This document shows positions 37,659-48,018 of a DNA stretch of 64,000 nt, one piece after another. Both the position numbers and the translations under genes were made by a program. The stretch lies in assembly GCA_965204565.1 (NCBI GenBank), contig CBDBEU010000005.1, positions 516,366 through 580,365 of the forward strand, read 5' to 3'. Within the stretch, counting starts at the first letter, position 1. Each line of letters opens with the position of its first letter. The DNA is from Hyphomicrobiales bacterium (GTDB lineage: Bacteria; Pseudomonadota; Alphaproteobacteria; Rhizobiales; TMED25). The notes under the pieces are model-generated. The model ran no database searches. It saw only the letters and a program-made list of their open reading frames with translations, and was not told the DNA's origin.

Positions 37659-38805
37659 CGCCCCGGAGGCGCACAAACCGGCCACAAACGGTATCCGCGA
37701 TGCGATTGCTGCGCGCGCAATGGCGCAGGGCTTTGACGCCGTCGGGTTCGCAAAACCGGATGCGATTGCCGGTGCAGAACAGCATCTGTACCAATTTCTG
37801 CAATTCGGGCGTCACGGCGATATGGGCTGGATGGAGCGTCATGCGGACCGGCGTGGTGACCCGGGTGTTTTGTGGCCGGATGCACGTTCGGTGGTTGCCG
37901 TGGGACAGAGCTACGCGCCGGATCATGACCCGCTGAAGGATTTGGAAAACGCAAGCCATGGGGCAATCTCGGTCTATGCCCGTGGGCGTGATTACCACGA
38001 TGTGTTGAAAAAGCAGCTCAAGCGCCTCGGCCGCTGGACCGCCGATCAATTCGACACCGATGTCAAGGTGTTCGTCGATACCGCGCCGCTGATGGAAAAG
38101 CCGCTGGCCGCTGTGGCCGGCATTGGCTGGCAGGGCAAACACACAAACCTGGTTTCGCGTGAACATGGGTCATGGTTGTTTCTGGGCGCCATGCTGACGA
38201 CGCTGGAAATTCCGGCTGTGCCAGGTGGACACGACAGCTGCGGCAGTTGCCGGGCATGTCTCGATATTTGCCCGACTGGCGCTTTTCCGGCTCCTTATCA
38301 GCTCGATGCGCGCCGCTGCATCTCCTATCTGACGATTGAGCACCAGGGCCACATCGCGGCGGAATTTCGCCAAGCGATCGGTAATCGCATCTATGGCTGT
38401 GATGATTGTCTTGCTGTGTGCCCTTGGAACAAATTTGCCGTGGCAGCACGCGACAGCGCACTATCCGCGCGCCAGGAGCTGACTCTGCCGGTCCTGGACG
38501 GGCTCGCGGCGCTTGACGATGCCGCTTTCCGTTCGCTGTTTGCCGGCACCGCGATCAAACGCACGGGACGTGACCGCTTCGTGCGCAATGTAATGATTGC
38601 GATCGGAAACTCAGGCGATCGCCAGCTGCTGGAGTGCGTCGAACAACGGCTTGGCGATTCTTCGCCATTGGTCAGGGCGATGTCGGTGTGGGCACTATCG
38701 CGGCTTGCAAGCACTGAAGAGATCGCGAGCGCGGCGAAACATCATATGGGCCAGGAATGCGATGCGGCAGTCCTGGCCGAGTGGCATCAAGCCGGTGCCG
38801 GGTGA
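37639..38805 (+). CDS. queG: tRNA epoxyqueuosine(34) reductase
   Basis: 388 aa: CGSCRACLDICPTGAF and CDDCLAVCPWNKF 4Fe-4S motifs plus a C-terminal HEAT-like repeat. Confidence 0.9.
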   Translation: MPISTSDAPEAHKPATNGIRDAIAARAMAQGFDAVGFAKPDAIAGAEQHLYQFLQFGRHGDMGWMERHADRRGDPGVLWPDARSVVAVGQSYAPDHDPLKDLENASHGAISVYARGRDYHDVLKKQLKRLGRWTADQFDTDVKVFVDTAPLMEKPLAAVAGIGWQGKHTNLVSREHGSWLFLGAMLTTLEIPAVPGGHDSCGSCRACLDICPTGAFPAPYQLDARRCISYLTIEHQGHIAAEFRQAIGNRIYGCDDCLAVCPWNKFAVAARDSALSARQELTLPVLDGLAALDDAAFRSLFAGTAIKRTGRDRFVRNVMIAIGNSGDRQLLECVEQRLGDSSPLVRAMSVWALSRLASTEEIASAAKHHMGQECDAAVLAEWHQAGAG

Positions 38806-39707
38806 TGCTGATGAGCGATTCGCGATTGTTTTGTTTCGGTCTGGGTTTTAGCGGGCTGGCGGTAGCGCGAAAGCTGATGGTCGGCGGGTGGCCCGTTGGC
38901 GGCACCTGCCGAGGAAGTGACAAGGCGAATGCGCTACGCGAAGAAGGCGTTGATGCCCGTGTTTTTACCGGCGGCCGGCCGATGGAGGGTGCGCAGGCAG
39001 CGCTTTCCGGCACAACGCAACTGCTTGTGTCGATCGCACCCGGCAAGCAGGGCGATCCGGCTCTTCTGCATCACGAAGATGATTTTGCCATGCTTGCCGG
39101 CTCACTGCAGCGCATCATTTATTTCTCAACTACGGCGGTCTATGGCGACCATGGCGGGAAATGGATCGACGAGGATACGCCGGTCAATCCGCAATCACAG
39201 CGCGCCGGACGCCGCGTCAAGGCAGAAGAGGCGTGGAGTTCATTTGCAGCCCGGCTTTCAGTTCCACTGGATATTTTACGGCTTTCAGGGATCTACGGTC
39301 AGGGACGCAATCAGATCGAGAAACTGAGCGCCGGCAAGGCCCGGCGCATTGTCAAGCCGGGCCATGTTTTCAACCGTATTCATGTGGACGATATCGCGCG
39401 CGTGGTCGAGGCACTGATGAAGGCGAACGTGCCTGGCGCTATTTACAATCTTGCCGATGACGAGCCGGCGCCGCCGCAGGATGTTGTTCTTTATGCAGCA
39501 GGGCTGGCGGGCATCGAGCCCCCTGCGGAAGAATCCTTTGACGACGCGGAAATGACGGAAATGGCACGCAGTTTCTATGGCGAGTCGAAACGGGTTGCCA
39601 ATGCCCGCGTCAAACAACAGCTCGCGATTCAGCTCAACTTTCCGACCTATCGTGAGGGACTTTCTGCAATTACAGCGCTCGAGCAGGCGCCTGATGAGGC
39701 GGGATGA
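38805..39707 (+). CDS. NAD-dependent epimerase/dehydratase (SDR) family protein
   Basis: ATG overlaps the queG stop (TGATG). LFCFGLGFSGLAVARKL Rossmann-like N-terminus, ...YGDHGGKWIDE..., ...FNRIHVDDIA.... Confidence 0.75.
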   Translation: MLMSDSRLFCFGLGFSGLAVARKLMVGGWPVGGTCRGSDKANALREEGVDARVFTGGRPMEGAQAALSGTTQLLVSIAPGKQGDPALLHHEDDFAMLAGSLQRIIYFSTTAVYGDHGGKWIDEDTPVNPQSQRAGRRVKAEEAWSSFAARLSVPLDILRLSGIYGQGRNQIEKLSAGKARRIVKPGHVFNRIHVDDIARVVEALMKANVPGAIYNLADDEPAPPQDVVLYAAGLAGIEPPAEESFDDAEMTEMARSFYGESKRVANARVKQQLAIQLNFPTYREGLSAITALEQAPDEAG

Positions 39708-39852
39708 AGACATTTCGCAAGGGATGGGCCATGGCAATTCTTGACAGCCCATGCGAAGTTTCCAATGTTAGAATGGCGAAATGGCGGTTTAACGAATATG
39801 AACCTGCCGCCGTTTTTTTGTTGCCCGGCAACGCAATGATGGAGAAAGCAAG

Positions 39853-40395
39853 ATAGCACGCAGACCTCACAGGGCCCCGCCAACTGGCGAAGCGCAGGGG
39901 CCGCACACCAACGAGCAGATCAATGTTCCCGAGGTGCGCCTTATTGGTCCGGATGGAATGAACTACGGATCGGTTCCGGTGTTCGCCGCACTTGAAGCGG
40001 CGCAACGCGTGGGTCTTGACCTGGTCGAGATCTCACCTCGTTCGGACCCGCCGGTCTGCAAGATCATGGACTTCGGAAAGTACAAATATCAGGAACAGAA
40101 AAAGGCCGCCGAGGCGCGCAAGAAGCAGAAGACCTTCGATGTGAAGGAAATCAAGATGCGCCCGAATATCGACGTCCACGACTATGACGTGAAGATGCGA
40201 AATATGCGCCGATTCTTCGACGAGGGCGACAAGGTTAAGGTTACCTTGCGATTTCGTGGCCGCGAAATGGCGCATCAGGAACTGGGTGCCAAGCTGCTCA
40301 GCCGAGTGCGCGAAGAAGTTGACGAGTTTGCCAAGGTCGAGGCCGAACCCAGACTTGAGGGCCGGCAAATGGTGATGGTGCTGGCGCCGCGATAA
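39853..40395 (+). CDS. infC: Translation initiation factor IF-3 with non-canonical ATA start
   Basis: Homology (ARRPHRAPP...[20 protein letters not shown]...) extends 27 codons upstream of the first ATG/GTG-type start (39934). ATA at 39853 lies 8 nt after GGAG. There is no in-frame ATG upstream. Confidence 0.8.
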   Translation: MARRPHRAPPTGEAQGPHTNEQINVPEVRLIGPDGMNYGSVPVFAALEAAQRVGLDLVEISPRSDPPVCKIMDFGKYKYQEQKKAAEARKKQKTFDVKEIKMRPNIDVHDYDVKMRNMRRFFDEGDKVKVTLRFRGREMAHQELGAKLLSRVREEVDEFAKVEAEPRLEGRQMVMVLAPR

Positions 40396-40668
40396 GACGG
40401 CACCCGTCACCCGACGGGAAATTTCCGGGGCATGTCTCTGTCGGGATGTCTGCGCTCAATATGCAGTCATATCGTTATCGGGTAGCCGATTGCCTCTCTA
40501 GTTGCGTTGAACCGGAATACAACCTGTTGGCAACCCGTTGGATGTTTCCGCTTGAGGAAACGCGGATCCTTCAACGGATTGAAACCCGGGAAATGCGCAT
40601 GGGCCTGTCATGCGCTAAAATTTTCCGGCGCTCGCGCGCAGCCGGGCAGGCGAGGATCCGGAGGCCTC

Positions 40669-41275
40669 ATGCTTTTCGGTATTCTGCATCAAGGGGGCTG
40701 CCGCCACCGGCTCGACTGCCGGTATTTTGACGACACCGGCCTGGAAACACCGGCTTGGAAGATGAGTGGCGGCGTGAGGTCTATGAGCGGGCGGTGGATA
40801 AAGCCTTGTCCGCCCGGACCGTCTTCGACATTGGGTGCGGCTCGGGCTTCAGGCTGATGAAACATTTCACCGATATCAGGAGGGTCGGATTCGATCTCGA
40901 ACCGACGGTCTCGTTTTTAAAGAATAGATATCCCCACCGCGATTGGCGGATCAGCAGTCCTGGTGAAACCATCCGGAAATCCGCCGACATCGTGATTTGC
41001 GCCGATGTCGTTGAGCACATTCCCGACCCCGACCTGCTGGTGGATTTCCTTGCCGGGCTACGTTTCAAGAAGCTGGTTCTGTCGACCCCGGATCGAGGGC
41101 TCATCTATGACTGCGACCATTCGGGTCCACGGCTAAATCCGCACCATTGCCGGGAATGGACGAATTCAGGACCTGTGTGAGCGGCCGGTTCGAAATTGAG
41201 CGGCACGAAATAACCAACCGCGCGCAGGCGACGCAAATGGCGGTGTGCCGGGCGAAAAGTCACGGGGCAGGCTGA
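40669..41275 (+). pseudogene. Class I SAM-dependent methyltransferase, two frameshifts
   Basis: Segments MLFGILHQGGCRHRLDCRYFDDTG.. (ATG 40669 after GGAGG), EDEWRREVYERAV...VFDIGCGSGFRLMKH...ADVVEHIPDP...HHCREWT, and EFRTCVSGRFEIERHEITNRAQATQMAVCRAK lie in three frames. Confidence 0.6.
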
Positions 41276-41589
41276 CCGGCAGTCATCACCGAAGGTGGCG
41301 AGCGTGGGCAGCGCGCTGCGCGGCTGATGGAAAGGACGCCTTCGGCCACGTGGTGACTCCGACCCTCATCACCAATACGAATGGAAATCCGCTCTACTAT
41401 CTTCTTTGGGCGTCTTCGAGTGCGCGCGGGGTTCGCATTGCCGAGCATATTATGACGCTCGGAAACCGGGTAACGCTTCCCCCGCGCCGTTCGCGGTCAG
41501 CTGCACCTTGAGACGAGCATCGGCCAGGCGCGGATTGAGGTGTTCCGCCCGCCTAATTGAGGATAGACGCCCCGCTCAGATCTGCTCGT

Positions 41590-41832
41590 CTAGTGGATTG
41601 CTTCCGACATTTGGAACCCTCGATTTCCGGCGGCGATGATTTGGTCGGGATCGGCGCGCCGGGTGAAGGGTTTTGCCTCGGTTTCGCTGTGCTGCTTGAT
41701 GAAGCGGTCGACGGCTTGGAGGTCGACGGCCGGGCGGCTGCCAAGGTCGAGGAAGTCCTTGGGAGTGCATACCCACCGCCCACGACCCTTTGCGCGCACA
41801 CGCTTCATGATTCGATCAGCAATGCCAGTCAT
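41590..41832 (-). pseudogene. AbiEi/DUF6088-like antitoxin N-terminal fragment
   Basis: MTGIADRIMKRVRAKGRGRWVCTPKDFLDLGSRPAVD... matches the family N-terminus. Similarity is lost after about 40 aa. Confidence 0.4.
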
Positions 41833-41982
41833 CTGCGTGGTCCTTCGGGGGCTTTTACCTGTCAGAAACATATAGGATGATGGGATTTTTCTCACAAAAT
41901 CCAATATCCTCCCGTCTCCCTGCCTCCTCCCGATTTTCTCCCATCGCGCACCCCGGTCTCGTTCGCAGGCATTCGGCCAAAC

Positions 41983-42207
41983 GTGAAGGAGACGAGGGCG
42001 TCAGTCACGCATCTCAACCAGGTCGAGATGGCGGCTAGATGGGAGCTCAGCCCGCGCACGCTGGAGCGCTGGCGTTGGACGGGCGAGGGACCCGCCTTCA
42101 TCAAGATCGGAGGCCGGGTCGTGTACCGGCTCGAGGATGTCGAGGCCTACAAGGCCAACCGGCACTGCTCAAGCACGGCCGACAAGCCCGCCGTGAAGCT
42201 GGTGTGA
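41983..42207 (+). CDS. Excisionase/AlpA-type helix-turn-helix DNA-binding protein
   Basis: 74 aa: ...LNQVEMAARWELSPRTLERWRWTGEGPAFIKIGGRVVYRLEDVEAY. Typical of integrative elements. Confidence 0.65.
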   Translation: MKETRASVTHLNQVEMAARWELSPRTLERWRWTGEGPAFIKIGGRVVYRLEDVEAYKANRHCSSTADKPAVKLV

Positions 42208-42258
42208 GGGGGCGGCCATGAAGATCCCCAACCGCTTCACCCTCGACAACCTGCCTAG

Positions 42259-42560
42259 GGTCCGGCCCCGATAATTGTCTTCCCGATTGGATCCGAGGAT
42301 GGTTCATTGCCCCCGATGAGAAGGTAACGAGATGTATGATTTCTTCCGGTTTTCCGATTCTCGGCGGGCCCGGATCGCGCCGCTTCTGCGACCGATATGC
42401 GCGGCAGGAAGCGCCCGGAAACAGTTGACGATCGTCCTGTGCCGAGCGGGATCGTCCATGCGCTGCGCTGTGCTGTGGCGCTCGCCGGGCCGGCTGCGCC
42501 GATATCCACGGGCCGAACAAGACGCTCTGCAACCGCTTCGGCCGCCGGGCCGCGCGCGGT
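42259..42560 (+). mobile_element. IS5-family (IS427-type) left-end fragment
   Basis: CTAG (42255-42258), then ggtccggccccgataattg. Inverted copy of 4300..4550. It truncates a preceding ORF that starts ATGAAGATCCCCAACCGC at 42219. Confidence 0.7.
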
Positions 42561-42605
42561 AGCGGTATACGGGAAGGTATCTTCAGCTGCCTGATAACAG
42601 GTGCG

Positions 42606-42638
42606 AACGGGGCGGGATTTTCCCGCCCCGTTTTCTTT
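42606..42638 (+). terminator. Orphan intrinsic-terminator-like hairpin
   Basis: aacggggcggga-ttt-tcccgccccgtt followed by ttctttg. It lies between the IS5 fragment and the IS630 remnant, with no intact gene to terminate. Confidence 0.4.
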
Positions 42639-42653
42639 GATGCCGCGATCCGT

Positions 42654-43640
42654 TCATGTCTGCTGAAAACCGGTCATACGGGGTAGACAGACCCACCGCT
42701 GGAAGTTGATTGATGGAGTGCCGGGGATCGGCGGCATCGTTTGGCTGGCATCCCTGTCCCAAATCGGGAAATACCTGGCTGAGGGTTTTTCCCGCCAATC
42801 TGATTGCAGGTCGCGATCGGCCCGGTTCCACTCGGTGAACCTGGCCGTTACGCCGCCAATGAAGCGTCGGGGCACTGGTTTATCGACCACCTTGGCGGTT
42901 CATCCGGCCGACGCACATGCACGACCTTTCCGGCGGGCATGGGGCTGCCATGCGTGCTCAGATACAGCAAGATATTGCGCGCACCGGAAAACCGTTGCGA
43001 TTGGTCAAGACACACAGCTATCCGGGTCCGGCATTCGGCCCTTTTTCGGCGGCAGGCCGGGTTGCGTTCGGTCCAGCGCCTGAATTTCCGACTTTTCATC
43101 CACCGAGAGCACCACTGCGTGCGCAGGAGGGTTGACGTAAAGCCCCACGATATCGTGCAGTTTTTCGACAAAAGCCGGATCCCGCGAGAGCCTGAACACC
43201 CACCGGCGGTGCGGCGCCGGACCATGCGCCTGCCGAATCCCGTACACCGTCGAGGCCGCCGACCCCGCAGCGTCCCCATTGCGCGCAACGTCCGGTGCGT
43301 CGCTTCGTGCGGCCGCGGTGACGGCGTCGGACGGATCACCCCGGCCGTCCTTTCATCCGGCGTCACCGGCGTGCCGGGCGGGCGGCTTTTCTCGCGGAGC
43401 AGACCATCCACGCCTTCAGCCATGAACCGTTCCTGCCGGCGCCGGACGCATTTCTTCGACTTTCCGGTGGCGCGCACGATCCCCATCGTGCCAACGCCAT
43501 CGCTGCTCGACAGCACGATCCGGCATCGCCGGATGCGACCGGATGCGATATGATTGCTTCAAGCCGAATTCCGTCCTCGACCGTGATCGTCGGATGTGTT
43601 CCAGTGCCCATCCCCCGGTGCCCATCCCGAAGAAGCGCAC
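42654..43640 (-). mobile_element. IS630-family transposase remnant, multiple frameshifts (boundaries approximate)
   Basis: Pieces include ...VLSSSDGVGTMGIVRATGKSKKCV.RRQERFMAEGVDGLLREKSRPPG..., ...SRDPAFVEKLHDIVGLYVNPPAHAVVLSVDEKSEIQALDRTQPGLP..., and a start-like MGTGTHPTITVEDGIRLEAI at 43611. Confidence 0.7.
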
Positions 43641-43729
43641 ATCCGGAGCCGTTTGTCTCGATCAATCCACTGGGAGGCATGGAGTTCGCGCCCAATGCGC
43701 ATTGAGCGACATGGTGAGACGATATTGAG

Positions 43730-46726
43730 ATGTCTGACGTGAAAGACGCGCCGGCGGGTGAGGCCGGCCGCAGCTGGAGCGACACGCTGCTCCTGCCGAA
43801 AACCGATTTTCCAATGCGGGCGGGCCTGCCCGGACGCGAGCCGGAGATTCTGGCGCGCTGGGAAAAGGACGGCTTGTATGAGGCGTTGCGCAAGGCTGCG
43901 CAGGGCAAGGAGAAGTTCATCCTTCATGATGGCCCGCCCTACGCCAACGGTCATCTGCATATTGGCCATGCGCTGAACAAGATCCTGAAAGACCTGGTCA
44001 CCCGCTCGCACCAGATGCTGGGCTATGATTCCAACTACGTTCCGGGCTGGGACTGCCACGGCCTGCCGATCGAATGGAAGGTCGAGGAGGAATACCGTGC
44101 CAGGGGCCGTGACAAGGACGCGGTGCCGATCAACGAATTCCGCGAAGAATGCCGCGAATTCGCGCGCCGCTGGATTGACGTGCAGTCAGAAGAATTCCAG
44201 CGGCTGGGTGTGGTCGGCGACTGGAAAAATCCATACGCCACCATGCATTTCGCCTCAGAAGCGATGATCGCCGATGAGCTGATGACATTCGCCATGAACG
44301 GCGCGCTTTACCGCGGCTCCAAGCCGGTGATGTGGTCGGTGGTGGAGCGCACGGCGCTGGCAGAGGCCGAGGTCGAGTATCTCGACCATGAGTCCGACAC
44401 GATCTGGGTGAAGTTTCCCTTGGATCGAAACAAGCCGCCGATAGTTGACCCTATGGTCGACCTGCCGGGGAAAAGTGCCATTCAGTCTCTGGATACTCTG
44501 ATGAGTTCTGCTGTCGTTATCTGGACCACGACACCCTGGACGATCCCCGGCAATCGGGCGATCTCGTTTTCCTCCAGGATCGACTATGCGCTTTATGAGG
44601 TGACCGACGCGCCTGAGGACAACTGGGCCAAGACCGGCGACAAGCTGATCCTTGCCAGGAGCCTCGCCGATGAAGTGATGAAGTCGGCGCGGGTCGAGGC
44701 CTTTGAGGAGCGCATGGAAGTTTCTGCTGCAACGCTCTCTGAATTGACTTGGGCCCATCCTCTGCGCGGCCAGGGCTACGACTTCCCCGTTCCCCTGCTC
44801 GAAGGCGATCACGTCACCGAGGAGACCGGCACCGGCTTTGTGCACACAGCGCCCGGTCACGGCACCGACGACTTTCAGATCTGGATGGACAACAAGGCGA
44901 GCCTTGATCGGCGCGGTATCGAAACCACCGTTCCCTACATCGTCGGGCCGGACGGTGCATTCACGCGCGAAGCGCCGGGTTTTGAAGGCGCGCGGGTGAT
45001 CGACGACAAGGGCAGGAAGGGCGATGCCAACAAGCGCGTCGTCGATGCGTTGGCTCAGGCCGGGGCGCTGATTGCGCGCGGGCGCCTCAAGCACCAATAC
45101 CCCCATTCCTGGCGTTCGAAAAAGCCGTTGATCTTCCGCAACACGCCGCAATGGTTCATTTCCATGCAGGATGGCGATGCGGACGGCCTGCGCGCCAGGG
45201 CACTGAACGCGATCAATGAGACGCGGTTCGTGCCGAAGGCAGGTCAGACACGGCTGCGGGCGATGATCGAAAACCGGCCCGACTGGGTGATTTCGCGCCA
45301 GCGTGCCTGGGGCGTGCCGGTCTGCGTGTTCGTGCACAAGCAATCCCAGGAAGTCGTTCCCAATGCGGTCTTCAATGGCGCCACGCAGTTGATTCGGCGC
45401 ATCGGTGATGCATTTGCCGCCGAAGGTGCCGATGCCTGGTTTGCCGATGGCGCCAGGGAACGCTTCCTTGATGGCCTCGTCACCGATCCAGATGAGTGGG
45501 AGAAAATCGACGATATTCTCGATGTGTGGTTCGAATCAGGTTCGACCCACCGCTTCGTGCTGGAAATCCGGCCGGACCTTAAATGGCCTGCCGATGTCTA
45601 TCTTGAAGGCACCGATCAGCATCGTGGCTGGTTCCATTCCTCGCTTCTGGAATCTGCCGGCACGCGGGGCCGCGCGCCCTATGACACCGTTGTCACCCAT
45701 GGCTTCACCATGGATGAGGACGGGCGCAAAATGTCGAAATCGCTCGGCAACATCACCGCGCCACAGGATGTGATCAAGCAATATGGCGCGGATATTCTGA
45801 GGCTCTGGGTGGTGTTGACCGACTATGCCGACGATCAGCGGATCGGGCCGGAAATCATCAAGAACACCGTCGATGCCTATCGCAAATTACGCAACACCCT
45901 GCGCTGGATGCTCGGCAGTCTGCATCATTTCCGCGAGGAAGAACGGGTTGAACTTAAGGACATGCCGGAGCTTGAGCGCTATGTGCTGCACCGGCTCGCC
46001 GAACTCGATGAGCTTGTCAGAACCGGTTATCGCGATTTCGACTACAAGCGGATTTCGACCGCGCTGTTCAATTTTGCCACCATCGATCTGTCGGCATTCT
46101 ATTTCGACATTCGAAAGGACGCGCTTTATTGCGATCCGCGCTCGAGCGTCACGCGGCGTGCTGCGCTGACGGTGCTGGACGAGGTGTTTTCATGCCTTAC
46201 GGCGTGGCTTGCGCCGATTATCTGCTTCACCATGGAAGATGTCTGGCGCTCGCGCTATGGAGACGATGCGCCCTCGGTGCATCTGAGACATTTTCCCGAG
46301 GTGCCGGCTGCCTGGGTTGATCAGGCGCTTGGCGACAAATGGACGCAGGTGCGCCGGTTGCGGCGCGTGGTCACTGGCGCGCTTGAGGTCGAGCGACGCG
46401 AGAAGCGCATTGGATCAAGCCTTGAAGCGGCACCTGATGTCTATGTGACGGATGGCGAGCTGATGGCCGCAATGGAGGGCGTTGACCTTCCTGAAATCGC
46501 CATTACCAGTGCGGCAGGGCTGATTGAGGGCGAGGCACCGGCCGGTGCTTTCGTGCTGGAGGATGTTCCTGGCGTTGCGGTGGTGCCCGGCCTTGCCAAG
46601 GGGCGCAAATGCGCCCGGTCGTGGAAGATTCTTCCCGATATTGGTGCAGATCCCGACTATCCGGATTTGAGTGCGCGCGATGCAGCGGCGGTGCGTGAGC
46701 TGGATGCGGCCGGGAGCGCCGGGTAA
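43730..46726 (+). CDS. ileS: Isoleucine--tRNA ligase
   Basis: 998 aa with [15 protein letters not shown] (HIGH) and KMSKSLGN (KMSKS) motifs. Confidence 0.95.
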   Translation: MSDVKDAPAGEAGRSWSDTLLLPKTDFPMRAGLPGREPEILARWEKDGLYEALRKAAQGKEKFILHDGPPYANGHLHIGHALNKILKDLVTRSHQMLGYDSNYVPGWDCHGLPIEWKVEEEYRARGRDKDAVPINEFREECREFARRWIDVQSEEFQRLGVVGDWKNPYATMHFASEAMIADELMTFAMNGALYRGSKPVMWSVVERTALAEAEVEYLDHESDTIWVKFPLDRNKPPIVDPMVDLPGKSAIQSLDTLMSSAVVIWTTTPWTIPGNRAISFSSRIDYALYEVTDAPEDNWAKTGDKLILARSLADEVMKSARVEAFEERMEVSAATLSELTWAHPLRGQGYDFPVPLLEGDHVTEETGTGFVHTAPGHGTDDFQIWMDNKASLDRRGIETTVPYIVGPDGAFTREAPGFEGARVIDDKGRKGDANKRVVDALAQAGALIARGRLKHQYPHSWRSKKPLIFRNTPQWFISMQDGDADGLRARALNAINETRFVPKAGQTRLRAMIENRPDWVISRQRAWGVPVCVFVHKQSQEVVPNAVFNGATQLIRRIGDAFAAEGADAWFADGARERFLDGLVTDPDEWEKIDDILDVWFESGSTHRFVLEIRPDLKWPADVYLEGTDQHRGWFHSSLLESAGTRGRAPYDTVVTHGFTMDEDGRKMSKSLGNITAPQDVIKQYGADILRLWVVLTDYADDQRIGPEIIKNTVDAYRKLRNTLRWMLGSLHHFREEERVELKDMPELERYVLHRLAELDELVRTGYRDFDYKRISTALFNFATIDLSAFYFDIRKDALYCDPRSSVTRRAALTVLDEVFSCLTAWLAPIICFTMEDVWRSRYGDDAPSVHLRHFPEVPAAWVDQALGDKWTQVRRLRRVVTGALEVERREKRIGSSLEAAPDVYVTDGELMAAMEGVDLPEIAITSAAGLIEGEAPAGAFVLEDVPGVAVVPGLAKGRKCARSWKILPDIGADPDYPDLSARDAAAVRELDAAGSAG

Positions 46727-46729
46727 TCC

Positions 46730-47230
46730 ATGCCGCTTTGGGGGCCGCGCTCCAAACTCGGTCTTGCCACCGCATTGGTGGTGTTTGTGGTTGATCGAAT
46801 CAACAAACACTGGATGGTCGACATCTATGGCCTGCCGGCACGGGGCTCCATCGAGGTCACCGGTTTCCTCGATGTTGTCATGGTCTGGAACCGGGGCATC
46901 AGTTACGGCCTGTTTCAGCAGCATGGAGATCTGGGGCGATACGGATTGATCATTCTTGCCCTGATCCTGTCGGTGATACTGATTGCCTGGCTCGCCAGAA
47001 CGCTCGGTTCGGCGACGGCAATTGCACTGGGATTGATGCTCGGCGGTGCGGTCTCCAATCCGATCGATCGGATGATCTGGGGGGCGGTCGCCGACTTCTA
47101 CCGCCTGCATGCATGGGGCTATAGCTGGTATGTTTTTAATGTTGCTGACGCCGCGATTGTCGCGGGCGCGGCGATTCTGTTATACTTGTCTTTGGATTTC
47201 GGCCAAAAAAGCGCCGAAAAGCGCCGTTAG
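46730..47230 (+). CDS. lspA: Lipoprotein signal peptidase II
   Basis: 166 aa, 4 TM segments, NRGISYGL and FNVADAAI motifs. Lies 3 nt after ileS. Confidence 0.9.
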   Translation: MPLWGPRSKLGLATALVVFVVDRINKHWMVDIYGLPARGSIEVTGFLDVVMVWNRGISYGLFQQHGDLGRYGLIILALILSVILIAWLARTLGSATAIALGLMLGGAVSNPIDRMIWGAVADFYRLHAWGYSWYVFNVADAAIVAGAAILLYLSLDFGQKSAEKRR

Positions 47231-47272
47231 CTCAATAAATCAACGGGCTGGCGGCGGCGAACGGGATTGAAA

Positions 47273-47878
47273 ATGGCACAACATTGCGGGTTTCGGGCTC
47301 TGGCCCTGGCGGCGTGTGCGGCTGTACTGGCCGGATGCTCCAATTTGAATGAAACCGGCGGCATCAGACAAGCCATCGGCATCTCAAACAGCGCGCCTGA
47401 TGAGTTTCTGGTGGTGTCGAAGGCACCGTTGGTCATGCCGCCAGACATGAATCTGAGGCCACCGCGAGACGGTGCGCCGGATCTGGGTGAAACCGATCTG
47501 CGCACTCAGGCCCGATCATCGGTTACCGGTGCCGGGCCGAGCGGCGCGGTGGCGGGGGGCTCTTCGCCCGGCGAACTGGCGATTCTGTCGCGCGCCAATG
47601 CACAACAATCCGATCCTTCCGTACGCGACGAGTTGTTGGCTGACGAGGGTGCGATCCGCAAGGATGAACGAATTCTTGATGGCATCCTCGGCAGGGATGA
47701 GACGAAGGATCCGCTTGATCCCTGGACTGAAGCTGAACGTCTGCGCCAGCAGTCCGGTGGTGCACCACAAGCCGGCGCAGTTTCGGCCGGGGCAGCGGTT
47801 CAGCCGCAGCAATCAAATGGGCGGCCGACATCCATCCTGCTGGAGGATATTCTTGGCGGCGGTGCCTCGGGCAAGTAA
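47273..47878 (+). CDS. DUF3035-like lipoprotein
   Basis: Lipobox LAGC, then ...APDEFLVVSKAPLVMPPDMNLRPP.... The ORF track starts at TTG 47267; ATG at 47273 is preferred. Confidence 0.75.
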   Translation: MAQHCGFRALALAACAAVLAGCSNLNETGGIRQAIGISNSAPDEFLVVSKAPLVMPPDMNLRPPRDGAPDLGETDLRTQARSSVTGAGPSGAVAGGSSPGELAILSRANAQQSDPSVRDELLADEGAIRKDERILDGILGRDETKDPLDPWTEAERLRQQSGGAPQAGAVSAGAAVQPQQSNGRPTSILLEDILGGGASGK

Positions 47879-48018
47879 CGCGGCCATCACGGCAAGCTGA
47901 ATGCGCGCTGCTTGCACTTGCGGATAAGCTGTACCCGGCCGGTTTATGGTCTGCGTGACGCGTTTGCGGGCGCGCATCGGTGTTCGTGTCAATGACCCGA
48001 TTGAGCGGGAGATAGAGC

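Noticed and set aside
40396-40436. Possible terminator after infC (cccgtc-accc-gacggg)
   Set aside because: The stem is only 6 bp and is followed by aaatttcc rather than a T-run. That is too weak to call.
41275-41520. Fragmentary ORF ...DAFGHVVTPTLITNTNGNPLYYLLWASSSARGVRIAEHIM... downstream of the methyltransferase pseudogene
   Set aside because: It looks like the C-terminal end of a real protein (possibly a restriction/defence-associated partner), but I cannot assign a family from memory and it has no credible start. It is mentioned only within the island finding.
44255-45343. 362-aa minus-strand ORF inside ileS, and similar long antisense ORFs inside gltB (11930..12577, 13205..13849, 14003..14653), mutL (50725..51435), the S9 peptidase (8846..9676), the SGNH gene (16361..17065), the NDUFA9-like gene (34798..35748) and the GST gene (36903..37544)
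   Set aside because: These are typical stop-poor antisense frames of a high-GC genome. Their compositions are Arg/Ala/Gly/Pro-rich, they fully overlap strongly supported genes, and they have no family resemblance.
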